Part shown: positions 19,144 to 28,979 of the stretch, piece by piece | How the letters are laid out: each line of letters begins with the position of its first letter | How positions within the stretch are numbered: position 1 is the stretch's first letter | DNA from: a virus | Taxonomy: Duplodnaviria > Heunggongvirae > Uroviricota > Caudoviricetes | Virus record (IMG/VR): IMGVR_UViG_3300017917_001353 | Span: 38,545-102,544 of that record | Reading direction: 5' to 3' (one strand) | DNA length: 64,000 nt | The notes under the pieces: model-generated | What the model was told of the DNA's origin: nothing | The model's input: only the letters and a program-made list of their open reading frames with translations | Database searches by the model: none | Program-made: the position numbers and the translations under genes

Positions 19144-21489
19144 ATGATTACAGTTGTTAAACGCAACGGGGAGCGTGTTCCTCTTGATATTTCAAAGATT
19201 CAAAGACAGGTAGCACATGCTTGTCGAGGAGTGGACGGAGTGAGTCCGTCCATGGTTGAAATTAAAGCACAAATTGAATTACATGACGGGATTAGCACAC
19301 AGACAATTGATGAACTACTGCTCAAGGCAATGGTTAATCTAATTGACGAAACAGAAAATCCAGAAATCAACAATGTAAATTATCAATACGTTGCCGGTAG
19401 GCAGCGTGTCAGTATGTTACGTAAAGAAGTCTATGGAGAATATGAACCTCCTAAACTTTACGAAATCGTAAAAAAGAATGTCGAACTAGGTATGTACACT
19501 CGAGAACTACTCGAGTGGTACACTGAAGATGAATGGAATATCATTGACCTATTCATCGATCATAGCAAAGACGAACAATACACCTACGCCGCTATTGCAC
19601 AGTTATGCGAAAAGTATCTTGTACAAAATAGAGCCACTGGCAAAATTTTTGAAACTCCTCAGGTACGTTATGCGATTGCTGCTGCTACAGCCTTCCACGC
19701 CGAACCAAAGGAGCAAAGATTAAAGTATGTTAAAGAATATTACGAATGTGCAAGCGACGGTCATTTCACTCTTGCTACCCCTGTGTTGGCTGGCCTCGGC
19801 ACTACTACAAAGCAGTTTTCTTCTTGTGTGCTCATTTCTAGTGACGATACTTTGGATAGCATTTTCGCCGCAGGCGAAATGATGGCCAAGTATGCTAGCA
19901 AACGTGCTGGCATTGGTTTAGAAATTGGTCGCATCCGTCCATTAGGTGCTCCTATTCGTAACGGAGAAATCAAACATACAGGCATGATTCCATTTTTAAA
20001 GAAATGGTTTGCTGACCTACGCAGTTGCAGTCAAGGCGGCATTCGTAATGCTAGTTGCACAGTAACATTCCCTATTTGGCATTATCAATTTGAAGACCTT
20101 ATTGTTCTAAAGAATAACCAAGGTACGGAAGAAACTCGTGTACGTCAAATGGACTATAGTGTTGTAGTTAATGCCATGTTCTGGCGCCGTTACAAGCACG
20201 GAGAAGATATTACATTATTTGATCCGGCAGAAGTTCCTGATCTATACGAAGCATACTACAGAGACAGTAAAGAGTTCGAACGCCTATACTTAAAATATGA
20301 GCAAGATAAGTCAAAAAAGAAAAAAGTTATTTCCGCCGAAGAAGTCTTTAAGAACGGCATACTTAAAGAGCGTACGGATACTGGACGAATCTACCTTGTC
20401 AACATTGACAACGTCATCAACCAAGGCCCGTTCGATACAACTGTTGACCCGATATATCAATCAAATCTCTGCCAAGAAATTCTCTTGCCCACCAGACCTT
20501 TTCAACGCATTGAAGACCCGGAGGGGAGAATTGCTCTTTGCACTCTTGGATCAATCAACTGGGGAGCATTCCGCAATCCGCAAGAGATGAGAAAAGCCTG
20601 TCGTGTGCTAGTTCGTAGTCTAAGCAATCTATTGAACTATCAAGATTTCTTGAGCATACAAAGCAAGTTAGCAAACACAGACTTCGAGCCGCTAGGCGTT
20701 GGTATTACTAACTTGGCCTACTGGCACGCTCGCCGTAATTTCAAATACGGCCAGGATGAAAGTCTTGCAGAAGTTAAGCGTTGGATGGAACACCAGGCAT
20801 ATTACCTAACTGAGATGAGTGTCGAGCTTGCCCAAGAACGTGGGCCATGCGGACGTAGTCAGCACACTTACTATGGTAAAGGTGTATTCCCCTGGGAGCG
20901 CCGCAATGCAGGAGTTAACGAATTAACTGACTTCACTCCTAGTATGGACTGGGAACCATTACGTGAACGTATGAAGAAGTACGGTATTCGTAATGCTACT
21001 CTAATGGCTGTTGCTCCTGTAGAATCTAGCAGTGTTGTTCTTAACAGTACTAATGGTATTGAAATGCCAATGGAGTTAATTAGTGTTAAGGAAAGTAAGG
21101 CAGGAAGTTTTGTTCAGGTTGTCCCAGAGTACAAACGTCTAAAGAATCGTTATCAACTAATGTGGGATCAAACCGACTGTGTTGATTATCTAAAGACTGC
21201 CGCTGTTCTTGCAGCCTATATCGACCAAAGCCTAAGTACTAATACGTTCTATAATCCTGCTTTCTTTAAAGACGGCAAGGTACCTGGAACATTAGTTGCT
21301 AAGAATTTGATGTTGGCTTACAAGTGGGGCATCAAGACAATCTACTACAGCCTAATCAACAAGGTAGGAGCCAAGGTAAGTATCACTAATACCAATGTTG
21401 TTTCTAGTCCTAATACACATGCAATAAACGCAGCAGACAATGCGATTGTTTATGATGAGATCGAAGACTGCGAGGCCTGCAAGTTATGA
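19144..21489 (+). CDS. nrdA: ribonucleoside-diphosphate reductase alpha subunit (class Ia)
   Basis: N-terminal ATP-cone (VVKRNGERVPLDISKIQRQVAHAC). Conserved RNR large-subunit blocks throughout. 781 aa. Confidence 0.9.
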   Translation: MITVVKRNGERVPLDISKIQRQVAHACRGVDGVSPSMVEIKAQIELHDGISTQTIDELLLKAMVNLIDETENPEINNVNYQYVAGRQRVSMLRKEVYGEYEPPKLYEIVKKNVELGMYTRELLEWYTEDEWNIIDLFIDHSKDEQYTYAAIAQLCEKYLVQNRATGKIFETPQVRYAIAAATAFHAEPKEQRLKYVKEYYECASDGHFTLATPVLAGLGTTTKQFSSCVLISSDDTLDSIFAAGEMMAKYASKRAGIGLEIGRIRPLGAPIRNGEIKHTGMIPFLKKWFADLRSCSQGGIRNASCTVTFPIWHYQFEDLIVLKNNQGTEETRVRQMDYSVVVNAMFWRRYKHGEDITLFDPAEVPDLYEAYYRDSKEFERLYLKYEQDKSKKKKVISAEEVFKNGILKERTDTGRIYLVNIDNVINQGPFDTTVDPIYQSNLCQEILLPTRPFQRIEDPEGRIALCTLGSINWGAFRNPQEMRKACRVLVRSLSNLLNYQDFLSIQSKLANTDFEPLGVGITNLAYWHARRNFKYGQDESLAEVKRWMEHQAYYLTEMSVELAQERGPCGRSQHTYYGKGVFPWERRNAGVNELTDFTPSMDWEPLRERMKKYGIRNATLMAVAPVESSSVVLNSTNGIEMPMELISVKESKAGSFVQVVPEYKRLKNRYQLMWDQTDCVDYLKTAAVLAAYIDQSLSTNTFYNPAFFKDGKVPGTLVAKNLMLAYKWGIKTIYYSLINKVGAKVSITNTNVVSSPNTHAINAADNAIVYDEIEDCEACKL

Positions 21490-21677
21490 ACGACCCTGAG
21501 ATCCAGAGCAAAATACTAACGATAAAAGACAGTGTGGATTTAATCAATTCATTGATGGCAGAATTGCACGAAAAGAATGTAGAAATAAGAATCCAATATG
21601 TCGAAGCCTCTAAAGGCGTTGCTCCTGGTATTAGTTTGTGGCGTGCTGTTGAACATGTAGACTATCTTAAGGACTGA
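21486..21677 (+). CDS. hypothetical protein
   Basis: 63 aa coupled ORF. Confidence 0.3.
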   Translation: MNDPEIQSKILTIKDSVDLINSLMAELHEKNVEIRIQYVEASKGVAPGISLWRAVEHVDYLKD

Positions 21678-21679
21678 AC

Positions 21680-22378
21680 ATGTTCAGACGCAAAACCATC
21701 TGGCATAGAGATGAAATACCTATTGGTGATTATCTCATGACCTTTCAAGAAAATCTTAGGAAGGAATTTATGGATGGGTTTGAGTCACTTGAACAAGCGG
21801 CTATTGCATTAGGTCATACTACACTAGACAGGCCAGATCACAATGTTGGAAAAAATACTTACAACAATCTAGTTCAGGCTAAAACTGATAGATGGCGTCC
21901 TGACATCAATGGTTGGAAAAACGTTGCGTTCAAATATACATTAAAAGATGAGCGCAACAACATACTTCGTACAACAGAAGAAACTGATCCTATTGCAGTA
22001 AGATGCCCAACAGCGTTTAAACTGATGCAGGAATATGGCGACGATTGTCCTATCCTTAACTATAGCATTCTAGCACCTAGATCTGCTATACTTAGACATA
22101 CTGGTCCTGAGAACAGGTCGGGAAGATTTATTAGAATACACATACCCTTAATTGTCCCCGAGGGAGATGTATTTTTAGAAGTTGATGGGGAAGAAGTTAC
22201 ATGGAAAGATTTGTTTGGTTTTAATAATCAGTACGCTCATAGTGCATACAATTTGACTGATGAGTGGCGACTGATATTTTTAATCGACATAGACAGACAA
22301 AGAGCTGGACTACCTCCGGGGGAGCCTTATAACCCGAGGTATGTTCCAAAACCACACATGAGAAGAGTACTACAATGA
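21680..22378 (+). CDS. aspartyl/asparaginyl beta-hydroxylase (AspH/LpxO)-family 2OG-Fe(II) oxygenase-like protein
   Basis: HTGPENRSGRFIRIHIPLIVPEGDVFLEVDGEEVTWKDLFGFNNQYAHSAYNLTDEWRLIFLIDI matches the AspH-family H.GP.N.r.R.HL.L..P...c...V.ge...W.eG....FDD...H.a.N.sd..R..L..D. It lies between nrdA and nrdB. Confidence 0.5.
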   Translation: MFRRKTIWHRDEIPIGDYLMTFQENLRKEFMDGFESLEQAAIALGHTTLDRPDHNVGKNTYNNLVQAKTDRWRPDINGWKNVAFKYTLKDERNNILRTTEETDPIAVRCPTAFKLMQEYGDDCPILNYSILAPRSAILRHTGPENRSGRFIRIHIPLIVPEGDVFLEVDGEEVTWKDLFGFNNQYAHSAYNLTDEWRLIFLIDIDRQRAGLPPGEPYNPRYVPKPHMRRVLQ

Positions 22379-23475
22379 GCAAACTACAATACGATTTTAA
22401 AAAACAAACAAACTATCTAAAACGCAAAATGTTTTTAGATCCCGAAGGGCCTGTTACGGTTCAACGATTTGAAGAAGTTAAGTATCCTAAACTGCAAAAG
22501 TTTGAAGAACTAGCCCGCGGCTTTTTCTGGGTTCCAGAAGAAATTAGTCTAACCAAAGACAAGATTGACCATAAGGAAGCAAGCGATGCGGTTAAGCATA
22601 TTTTTACTAGCAATCTACTTCGCCAGACTGCTCTGGATTCCATTCAGGGCCGTGCGCCTTCGCAGGTTTTTGGACCGGTCTGTTCGATCCCGGAACTCGA
22701 AGCGTTAACTCTAACATGGGGATTCTTTGAAACAAGTATCCACAGCAAGAGTTACAGTCACATTATTAGGAACGTATATGGTGTACCTAAAGAAGAATTC
22801 AACAAAATTCACGACACGGCTGAAATTGCTGGCATGGCTGCTAATGTTGGTCGCCACTATGAGAATCTACATATTCTCAACTGCCGTAAAGAGTTGGGCG
22901 AAGAAATTCCAGTCATGGATCACAAGCGAGCCATATGGATGGCCTTACACGCATCTTATGCACTCGAAGCACTACGTTTCATGGTATCCTTTGCCACATC
23001 CTTGGCCATGGTAGAAAATAAGATCTACATCGGTAACGGTAACATTATCAGTCTAATCTTACAAGACGAAATTCTACACGCAGAATGGACTGCTTGGATT
23101 ATCAATAATGTTATTAAGGACGATCCTGACTTTGTCCAAATCGCAGAAGAAACTAAAGATGAAGTGTACGCCCTATATCTAGAAGTTATTAACGAAGAAA
23201 AGGCTTGGGCCGAATATCTGTTTAAGAAGGGTGTAGTTATTGGACTTAATGCACAAATTCTAAAAGACTTTGTCGACTACACTGCATTTGCTAAATTAAA
23301 AGAAATAGGTATCAAATATCTAGAAGAACATCCAAAGTCTAGCCCTATTCCTTGGTTTAACAAACATGTTAACATTAATAAAAAGCAAACCGCATTGCAA
23401 GAAAATGAAAGTACCAACTATGTTATTGGTGTTATGAGCGATGCCGTTACCTATGAAGAATTACCAGATCTATGA
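22375..23475 (+). CDS. nrdB: ribonucleoside-diphosphate reductase beta subunit
   Basis: 366 aa with diiron-tyrosyl radical protein blocks. Gene order matches nrdA-nrdB. Confidence 0.9.
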   Translation: MSKLQYDFKKQTNYLKRKMFLDPEGPVTVQRFEEVKYPKLQKFEELARGFFWVPEEISLTKDKIDHKEASDAVKHIFTSNLLRQTALDSIQGRAPSQVFGPVCSIPELEALTLTWGFFETSIHSKSYSHIIRNVYGVPKEEFNKIHDTAEIAGMAANVGRHYENLHILNCRKELGEEIPVMDHKRAIWMALHASYALEALRFMVSFATSLAMVENKIYIGNGNIISLILQDEILHAEWTAWIINNVIKDDPDFVQIAEETKDEVYALYLEVINEEKAWAEYLFKKGVVIGLNAQILKDFVDYTAFAKLKEIGIKYLEEHPKSSPIPWFNKHVNINKKQTALQENESTNYVIGVMSDAVTYEELPDL

Positions 23476-23484
23476 GAGAACAAA

Positions 23485-23667
23485 ATGGCAAAACTTATTG
23501 AACAATCAATTACAATTAACTTTAGCAAACTAGTCAGAAATGACAGTTTTGATCCTGAAGAAAAATTAGTCAACGAATCCCTGCTTCAAAGTATTGAAGA
23601 AACTCTACAAGGGTTAGTTAGTGAAGTTGTATTAGTAGAGGCAAGTATTGAAGGAGATAAAAAATAA
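23485..23667 (+). CDS. hypothetical protein
   Basis: 60 aa acidic ORF. Confidence 0.3.
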   Translation: MAKLIEQSITINFSKLVRNDSFDPEEKLVNESLLQSIEETLQGLVSEVVLVEASIEGDKK

Positions 23668-23891
23668 TGAACGCTGTTGTATGGAGTAAATATCACTGCC
23701 CCTATTGCGATCAAGCAAAGGCGCTGTTAACACAGAAGGGTATCCCATTCGAAGAAAAGAAAATCGGAGATGGTTATACCAAAGAAGAACTGCTTGAAGC
23801 AGTTCCTAATGCACGAACAGTTCCTCAAATTTTTCTTGACGGGCAATTAATTGGGGGCTTTACTGAACTCAAGGCTCACTTAAATGGATGA
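23667..23891 (+). CDS. nrdC: glutaredoxin (NrdC/NrdH-like)
   Basis: 74 aa. CPYC active site (VVWSKYHCPYCDQAK). Glutaredoxin fold motifs TVPQIF..G..IGG. Confidence 0.7.
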   Translation: MNAVVWSKYHCPYCDQAKALLTQKGIPFEEKKIGDGYTKEELLEAVPNARTVPQIFLDGQLIGGFTELKAHLNG

Positions 23892-24312
23892 TGACGATCT
23901 TAAAATAGATTTATCAGATCTAGATCTTGATCTCGATATCAATATGTCGACTCTTACAATTCCTAGTCCTGCGTACACCGGAAATGTTACTATCAGCGGG
24001 ACCAGCGGCTCTAACTATACCTATACAGTTGGGGCTACTGGTGCAAGTGGATATTTCTATAACACCCCTGGTATGAATGGATCTTCTTTTATATCGGCTA
24101 GCCCTTCTTCGGGACTAACAGTTAAAGGTGATGCAGAGTTTGAGGGTGATGTAAAAATACAAGGACATAGTATTTTACATGTTCTTAAAAAACTTGAAGA
24201 CAGACTTGCGATTTTACAAGAGCCAGATCCTGCCAAACTAGAAAAGTATGCTGCCCTAAAGAAAGCATACGATCATTATAAAACTCTAGAAAGACTGATC
24301 GGTGAAGACTGA
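23884..24312 (+). CDS. hypothetical (structural?) protein
   Basis: 142 aa. Confidence 0.3.
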   Translation: MDDDDLKIDLSDLDLDLDINMSTLTIPSPAYTGNVTISGTSGSNYTYTVGATGASGYFYNTPGMNGSSFISASPSSGLTVKGDAEFEGDVKIQGHSILHVLKKLEDRLAILQEPDPAKLEKYAALKKAYDHYKTLERLIGED

Positions 24313-24790
24313 TGATAACTCCGCAAAAGGCCGTAACAGTTATGATGTAGAAGTAGGCGGCATGGTGGTGCCATTCTTTAATAAGAATGTTACACCTTAT
24401 GCTACTGAGGCCGGCGGAGTTAAGTTTGATCTTGTTCCTGTTGAAAAACAAAAGGACATCATGCTCAATGTTGCGCGAATGCACGCTCAACAAGAATATG
24501 ATAGAATAATGGAACTAGTTGCAGTACTGCAAAAACAGGCAAATCAAATTAAGAGACGATTAGAAATTACAGATGCTGTTCATGCTGCAAAGTATGAGTT
24601 TCAAATTTATCATGGACAGATATATTGGTTAGTGTTTGATAATCGTAAAAATTTTACAAGACTAGTACATCATGGCCCCAACGAGTGGAGTACTGGTGCT
24701 CCTGAAGAATATGAATATATTTGTAGGGTAAAGTGGTTAGGTGACCACAGTTGGGTTGAAATAGATACAGAAGGAAATCATGTTAATTGA
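24302..24790 (+). CDS. hypothetical protein
   Basis: 162 aa. Confidence 0.3.
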   Translation: MKTDDNSAKGRNSYDVEVGGMVVPFFNKNVTPYATEAGGVKFDLVPVEKQKDIMLNVARMHAQQEYDRIMELVAVLQKQANQIKRRLEITDAVHAAKYEFQIYHGQIYWLVFDNRKNFTRLVHHGPNEWSTGAPEEYEYICRVKWLGDHSWVEIDTEGNHVN

Positions 24791-25067
24791 AAAACCAATC
24801 GCTAATGGCGATGTCGTAAGTTTAAAGTTAGTCAACGGTGATGAGATCATTGCTCGCTTTGAGGATGATACAGATTCTACGATCAAGATCACAAAGCCAT
24901 TGGCTATTACTGTTGGGCCACAAGGGCTAGGTATGATGCCTTGGATCTTCTTAGGTGAAAAAGACACTATCACTCTTAAAAAAGAACATGTGTTTGTTAT
25001 GATTCCTAGCAAAAAAGATGCTGCCAACCAGTATATGCAAGGAACCACAGGTATTGCCTTAGGTTAA
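24780..25067 (+). CDS. hypothetical protein
   Basis: 95 aa. Confidence 0.3.
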   Translation: MLIEKPIANGDVVSLKLVNGDEIIARFEDDTDSTIKITKPLAITVGPQGLGMMPWIFLGEKDTITLKKEHVFVMIPSKKDAANQYMQGTTGIALG

Positions 25068-25088
25068 ATAATCTAAAGGATTAAACAT

Positions 25089-25670
25089 ATGGCAGACTCG
25101 ATTAAGACTGAATCAACTGGAACTGGCGGTGGTGGCACAGTTGTAATTAATATACCGGACTACACGCCGCTTTTTAAACAATTGATACAGATAGCAGGTG
25201 ATGTAACAACTGCTACAATAGTCCCGTCTGCAACTTTTAGTACTACAGGTACTTTAGGTTTATTCACTGTTTCAAACACAGTAACTACAATAGGTTCTAT
25301 TTTAGTAGGCATGGTGTTAAACGGAACAGATGTCAAACCCGGCACCGTAGTGCTATCAAAGGCACCTAATGGTCCTACATGGTCTAGTTGGTATGTTAGT
25401 AAGCCACAGAATCTTATATCTACGACTACTACTGGTCTCACTCCGGTAGTATCTATGGCCGCAAATGCTAGTGAAGTTGCAAACAATGTTAGAATACTAA
25501 CTGAGAAAGGTATTACAGCCAATACTTTTAGTTGGACTGATATTGTTAAAACTTATTCTTGGTATATTCAGGACGACCACAAAATTACTCCCGAAAAGTT
25601 TGCCGAAGAATTTGAAAAATTTGTAATTGGTGCAACTTCAGTAACTAATAAACTTCCGAGGTTCTTGTAA
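25089..25670 (+). CDS. hypothetical structural protein
   Basis: 193 aa Thr/Gly-rich protein with RBS AAAGGA. Confidence 0.3.
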   Translation: MADSIKTESTGTGGGGTVVINIPDYTPLFKQLIQIAGDVTTATIVPSATFSTTGTLGLFTVSNTVTTIGSILVGMVLNGTDVKPGTVVLSKAPNGPTWSSWYVSKPQNLISTTTTGLTPVVSMAANASEVANNVRILTEKGITANTFSWTDIVKTYSWYIQDDHKITPEKFAEEFEKFVIGATSVTNKLPRFL

Positions 25671-26548
25671 TGCCCTACGTTCCAGCCGGTGTACCTCAAG
25701 AAAGATCTGGCGACCCCGGAGTCGTTGATGTTTACCGCAGTCCTAACGTCTTTGTTAATAATGTTCCTGTAGCATTATGGCTAGCAGCTCAACCCGGCGC
25801 AGCCGCTGGACTTCCTGAAATTAACAGAGTAAGTCTTACCTTAGTACAACAAGAAGAAATAGTTGCAACAGCATCGAAGGCAACGTCAGAAGCAGAAAAA
25901 GAAGTTGGACTAGCAGGCGTCGGTGAAGTACCACACGAGGGTCCACTTACTCTTACAACTTCTAATGCACAGGTTGCCGGCGGTACTGGAGAAGAACCAA
26001 CTACTTCTACATTTACGGTATCTACTTCGTCCGGTGGATTGTTTATTGAACTGGCTAGAACTATCGATGCATGTCTAGGAGAAGCAAGGCAGGGATTGTG
26101 GAAAGAAACTGGTAACAATCCTAAGATCAATAACTGCTATCGTGCAGTTGGATTTAATGTAACAGGAGACAGCACACCGTGGTGTGCAGCCTTTACGGGC
26201 AATATTTTAAAGGCAGTAGGATTACCTGCATTGAAAACGTTGAGTAGTCTTGCCTACTCTAAATACGGCAAACAGGTACCTTTAAATGATAAGTCGCTTT
26301 GGAGACTGAATGACATTGTAGTATTCAGTAGAGCAGGAGGCGGCCACGTTGGATTCTTTAGAGGCTATAATCCGTCAACTGGATCTGTATTGATCGCCGG
26401 CGGGAACCAGAGCGATAACCTAACAGAGGTTGGATTTAAGTCTAGTGGAATGCCAGTTGTTGCAGTTTGCCGTGGATGGGAAATTCCAAACGAGTACGAT
26501 CGACCAGTTACATATTCTGGTGGTGGTGGCAGCGTCAAAGTCGTTTGA
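25670..26548 (+). CDS. virion-associated peptidoglycan hydrolase (C-terminal TIGR02594/NlpC-P60-like domain)
   Basis: C-terminal ...NNCYRAVGFNVTGDSTPWCAAFTGNILKAVG...DIVVFSRAGGGHVGFFRGY... carries the WCAAF ... GD.VVF ... GHVGF signature of phage cell-wall hydrolases. The N-terminal half looks structural. Confidence 0.5.
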   Translation: MPYVPAGVPQERSGDPGVVDVYRSPNVFVNNVPVALWLAAQPGAAAGLPEINRVSLTLVQQEEIVATASKATSEAEKEVGLAGVGEVPHEGPLTLTTSNAQVAGGTGEEPTTSTFTVSTSSGGLFIELARTIDACLGEARQGLWKETGNNPKINNCYRAVGFNVTGDSTPWCAAFTGNILKAVGLPALKTLSSLAYSKYGKQVPLNDKSLWRLNDIVVFSRAGGGHVGFFRGYNPSTGSVLIAGGNQSDNLTEVGFKSSGMPVVAVCRGWEIPNEYDRPVTYSGGGGSVKVV

Positions 26549-26592
26549 CATATCCAAAAAAATCTGCTATACTATCAACAAGGAGATAGCAA

Positions 26593-26910
26593 ATGGCTAA
26601 TGATTTGGCAAAATACCTAAATTCTCGCCGTCGTTTTAAAGACGAAACTGCGGTTAAGCGGCAATCAAAAATTGCAAAGCAACATAACATTGGTGCTTAC
26701 CAAAGCAAAACAGACAAAGAGCCACATCGTTTGCATAAACGACATGCAATGGACTGTGGCAATCCCAAATGCTATCTTTGCGGCAACCCGAGAAAAACTC
26801 ACAAAGATAAGTTGACAGCCCAGGAAAAGCGTATTTTCCAGGATCTCGAAAAAACCACAGACCGACACAGTAATGGATTGAAAAATGTCGAAGAAGACAA
26901 TCTTTTATAA
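26593..26910 (+). CDS. basic Cys-containing small protein (possible nucleic-acid binding)
   Basis: 105 aa. CGNPKCYLCGNP cluster. Promoter-like TATACT and RBS AAGGAG upstream. Confidence 0.3.
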   Translation: MANDLAKYLNSRRRFKDETAVKRQSKIAKQHNIGAYQSKTDKEPHRLHKRHAMDCGNPKCYLCGNPRKTHKDKLTAQEKRIFQDLEKTTDRHSNGLKNVEEDNLL

Positions 26911-27376
26911 GAAAGAAGGCCGTAAATATGTACCTGTTTACGAATATGATCAAGAACTTTTGGACGGCTTTCCAAAAGGTAGCCACTTGGTTATGGTATA
27001 TCCCGGAGGCAGCAGTCGCAGGTATAATGTTGATCCTGACTATGCGTCTATGATTGCCGCAGGCCGTGTTGCAGAAGATGCAATTAGTCGTGTGATTATG
27101 CAGGCCACAGAAATTCGTCGCAACAGTCGCGGGGACAAGGGCGTACCGCTAACTCCTGGACAAAAGGCTGCATGGGATAAACTAGTTGAAGAATTTGGCG
27201 ACGATGCTAGGCAACTAGAATGGCCCAGCGTTAGAGAATGTGCAGAAGCGGGCGTAAAGGCTATGGAACAAGAAGCAGAAAAGTTGCTAGCCCATCCTTC
27301 GGTGAAAAAAGCCTGGGATCATTTTCACCTTGTTTGCAAACTTGTAAACGAAAACCCCGATTACGGCGTTAAATAA
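26885..27376 (+). CDS. hypothetical protein
   Basis: 163 aa. Confidence 0.3.
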   Translation: MSKKTIFYKKEGRKYVPVYEYDQELLDGFPKGSHLVMVYPGGSSRRYNVDPDYASMIAAGRVAEDAISRVIMQATEIRRNSRGDKGVPLTPGQKAAWDKLVEEFGDDARQLEWPSVRECAEAGVKAMEQEAEKLLAHPSVKKAWDHFHLVCKLVNENPDYGVK

Positions 27377-27473
27377 GTATGCTTTCGCAGGGGCGATCTT
27401 GCATAGCGAGGGGACACAAGGCTCGGCAGAGGCTCCACACGCCCTGGGAAGTCTGCCATTATTGGGGATAACC
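27377..27473 (+). promoter_or_regulatory. GC-rich structured 5' leader (candidate cis-regulatory RNA / riboswitch-like element)
   Basis: 57% GC island in a roughly 40% GC genome. Complementary segments CAGGGGCG (27385-92) with CGCCCTG (27442-48), and GGCAGA (27424-29) with TCTGCC (27452-57). Sits directly upstream of a His-rich secreted protein. Confidence 0.25.
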
Positions 27474-27791
27474 ATGAAAAAGTTTCTAGCAGTAGCAGTT
27501 TTAACGTTAGCCGCTGTACCGGCAATGGCACAACATTATCATCACGGCTACCGTATTCAGCACCACCATCACCACTATAGGGGTCCTAATTGGGGCCATG
27601 TAGTAGGGGGCGCAGTTTTAGGTGCTGTAATCTATGACATTTATAATCGCCCTGTTGTAGTGCAACAACCGCCGGTAATCATACAATCTCCTCCTGTTAT
27701 AAATCAATATCCTGTTCCTAGTTGCACTCCTTGGACAGAAACACAAAATCCTGACGGATCTATTACACGAACCCGTACCTGCAATCAGTAA
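27474..27791 (+). CDS. secreted histidine-rich (metal-binding) protein
   Basis: Start at the internal ATG gives signal peptide MKKFLAVAVLTLAAVPAMA, then QHYHHGYRIQHHHHHYRGPNWGH. Confidence 0.5.
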   Translation: MKKFLAVAVLTLAAVPAMAQHYHHGYRIQHHHHHYRGPNWGHVVGGAVLGAVIYDIYNRPVVVQQPPVIIQSPPVINQYPVPSCTPWTETQNPDGSITRTRTCNQ

Positions 27792-27852
27792 TTTTAAGGA
27801 CCCAGATTAGGCTGGTGCTAAATATGTTTAATAACATTTTGAGAGCACCAAT

Positions 27853-28431
27853 ATGCCAACACCATCTTCGGGTCCTATTTCTTTTGCTGATATAAGAACA
27901 GCGTTCGGAGCATCAAGTCCGCTGTCTTTTAATCAACTCTACCGCTCTGGTAGTCTTGTTCCTAACATTACACCTAATAATGATATCCCTACATCTGGGG
28001 AAATCAACATGCAGGAGATGTATAGTGCTTGGGCAAGCAAAGTTCTTTCTTTTACAATCACTGTAGGTTCTGTCCCAGTTTCTGGCAAAGGATATTACTA
28101 CGGTTTTGGTGCTACTAAAAAGGGCGGATCTTTTGGTAGCATTAGCACAAGAACATTTTTAACATTTTATGGTCCTATTTCTATTGACGGACTATATTTT
28201 AGCACCGGCACTAATGCTTGGCATCTACACCTAAGCGGCGCTTCAGCACCACAAAATACAGACCTTACATTTAGATCAGTTTCTATGTCAGGTTATTCTA
28301 TTAATGGCATTAGAAATAATGCTACATCGACTCAGCCGATTGGAACATCTAGACGCTGGAATTGGGTAGTTAAAAATAACTCACATCCTACATCTGGAAC
28401 AGTCGCCTGCACTCTAAGTTACTACGGTTAA
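27853..28431 (+). CDS. hypothetical structural protein
   Basis: 192 aa Ser/Gly/Thr-rich. Confidence 0.3.
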   Translation: MPTPSSGPISFADIRTAFGASSPLSFNQLYRSGSLVPNITPNNDIPTSGEINMQEMYSAWASKVLSFTITVGSVPVSGKGYYYGFGATKKGGSFGSISTRTFLTFYGPISIDGLYFSTGTNAWHLHLSGASAPQNTDLTFRSVSMSGYSINGIRNNATSTQPIGTSRRWNWVVKNNSHPTSGTVACTLSYYG

Positions 28432-28436
28432 GGAAA

Positions 28437-28979
28437 ATGACACCATTCAAGATGAAAATTTTAGGGTACAATGCAGGAGCATATTCTGTTGAATATATTC
28501 CCGAGAATCCCCTATGTAAACCTATCAAATTAAACATTCAGTTAGATGCAGATACCCTAACTGACAAAGAAGAAATTGTTGAGAGATTAAAAGCATCTTC
28601 TCCTCAAGATTACTGGTACAATCAAGTAATGGCAGGCGAACTAAATCAAATCAACGAAGTTGCATCGAGTCTAGTAAATACGACTCATGCTGTTAGTTCT
28701 GTTAACACAATGCCAGTTAACCCTGTGAACAGTTTTAGTTTTCATCCAAGACGTGCTCCTTTGCGAGGACCTGATATCGAAGCAGTTGCATTACCTGAGT
28801 CTACAGCAAGAGCAATGCAAGAACAACAGCAACCGGCACCTGTTCAAGTGCAGCACGGCAGAGCAGTTCGAGGCAGCAGTAGTCCAGAACAGGTAGCAAG
28901 TCCAGAAGAACAAAATATAATTAAGTTAAAGATTCTTATTCAACAAGTTATTCAAGAAATGGCGGAAGGAACAGTATGA
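28437..28979 (+). CDS. hypothetical protein
   Basis: 180 aa. Confidence 0.3.
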   Translation: MTPFKMKILGYNAGAYSVEYIPENPLCKPIKLNIQLDADTLTDKEEIVERLKASSPQDYWYNQVMAGELNQINEVASSLVNTTHAVSSVNTMPVNPVNSFSFHPRRAPLRGPDIEAVALPESTARAMQEQQQPAPVQVQHGRAVRGSSSPEQVASPEEQNIIKLKILIQQVIQEMAEGTV

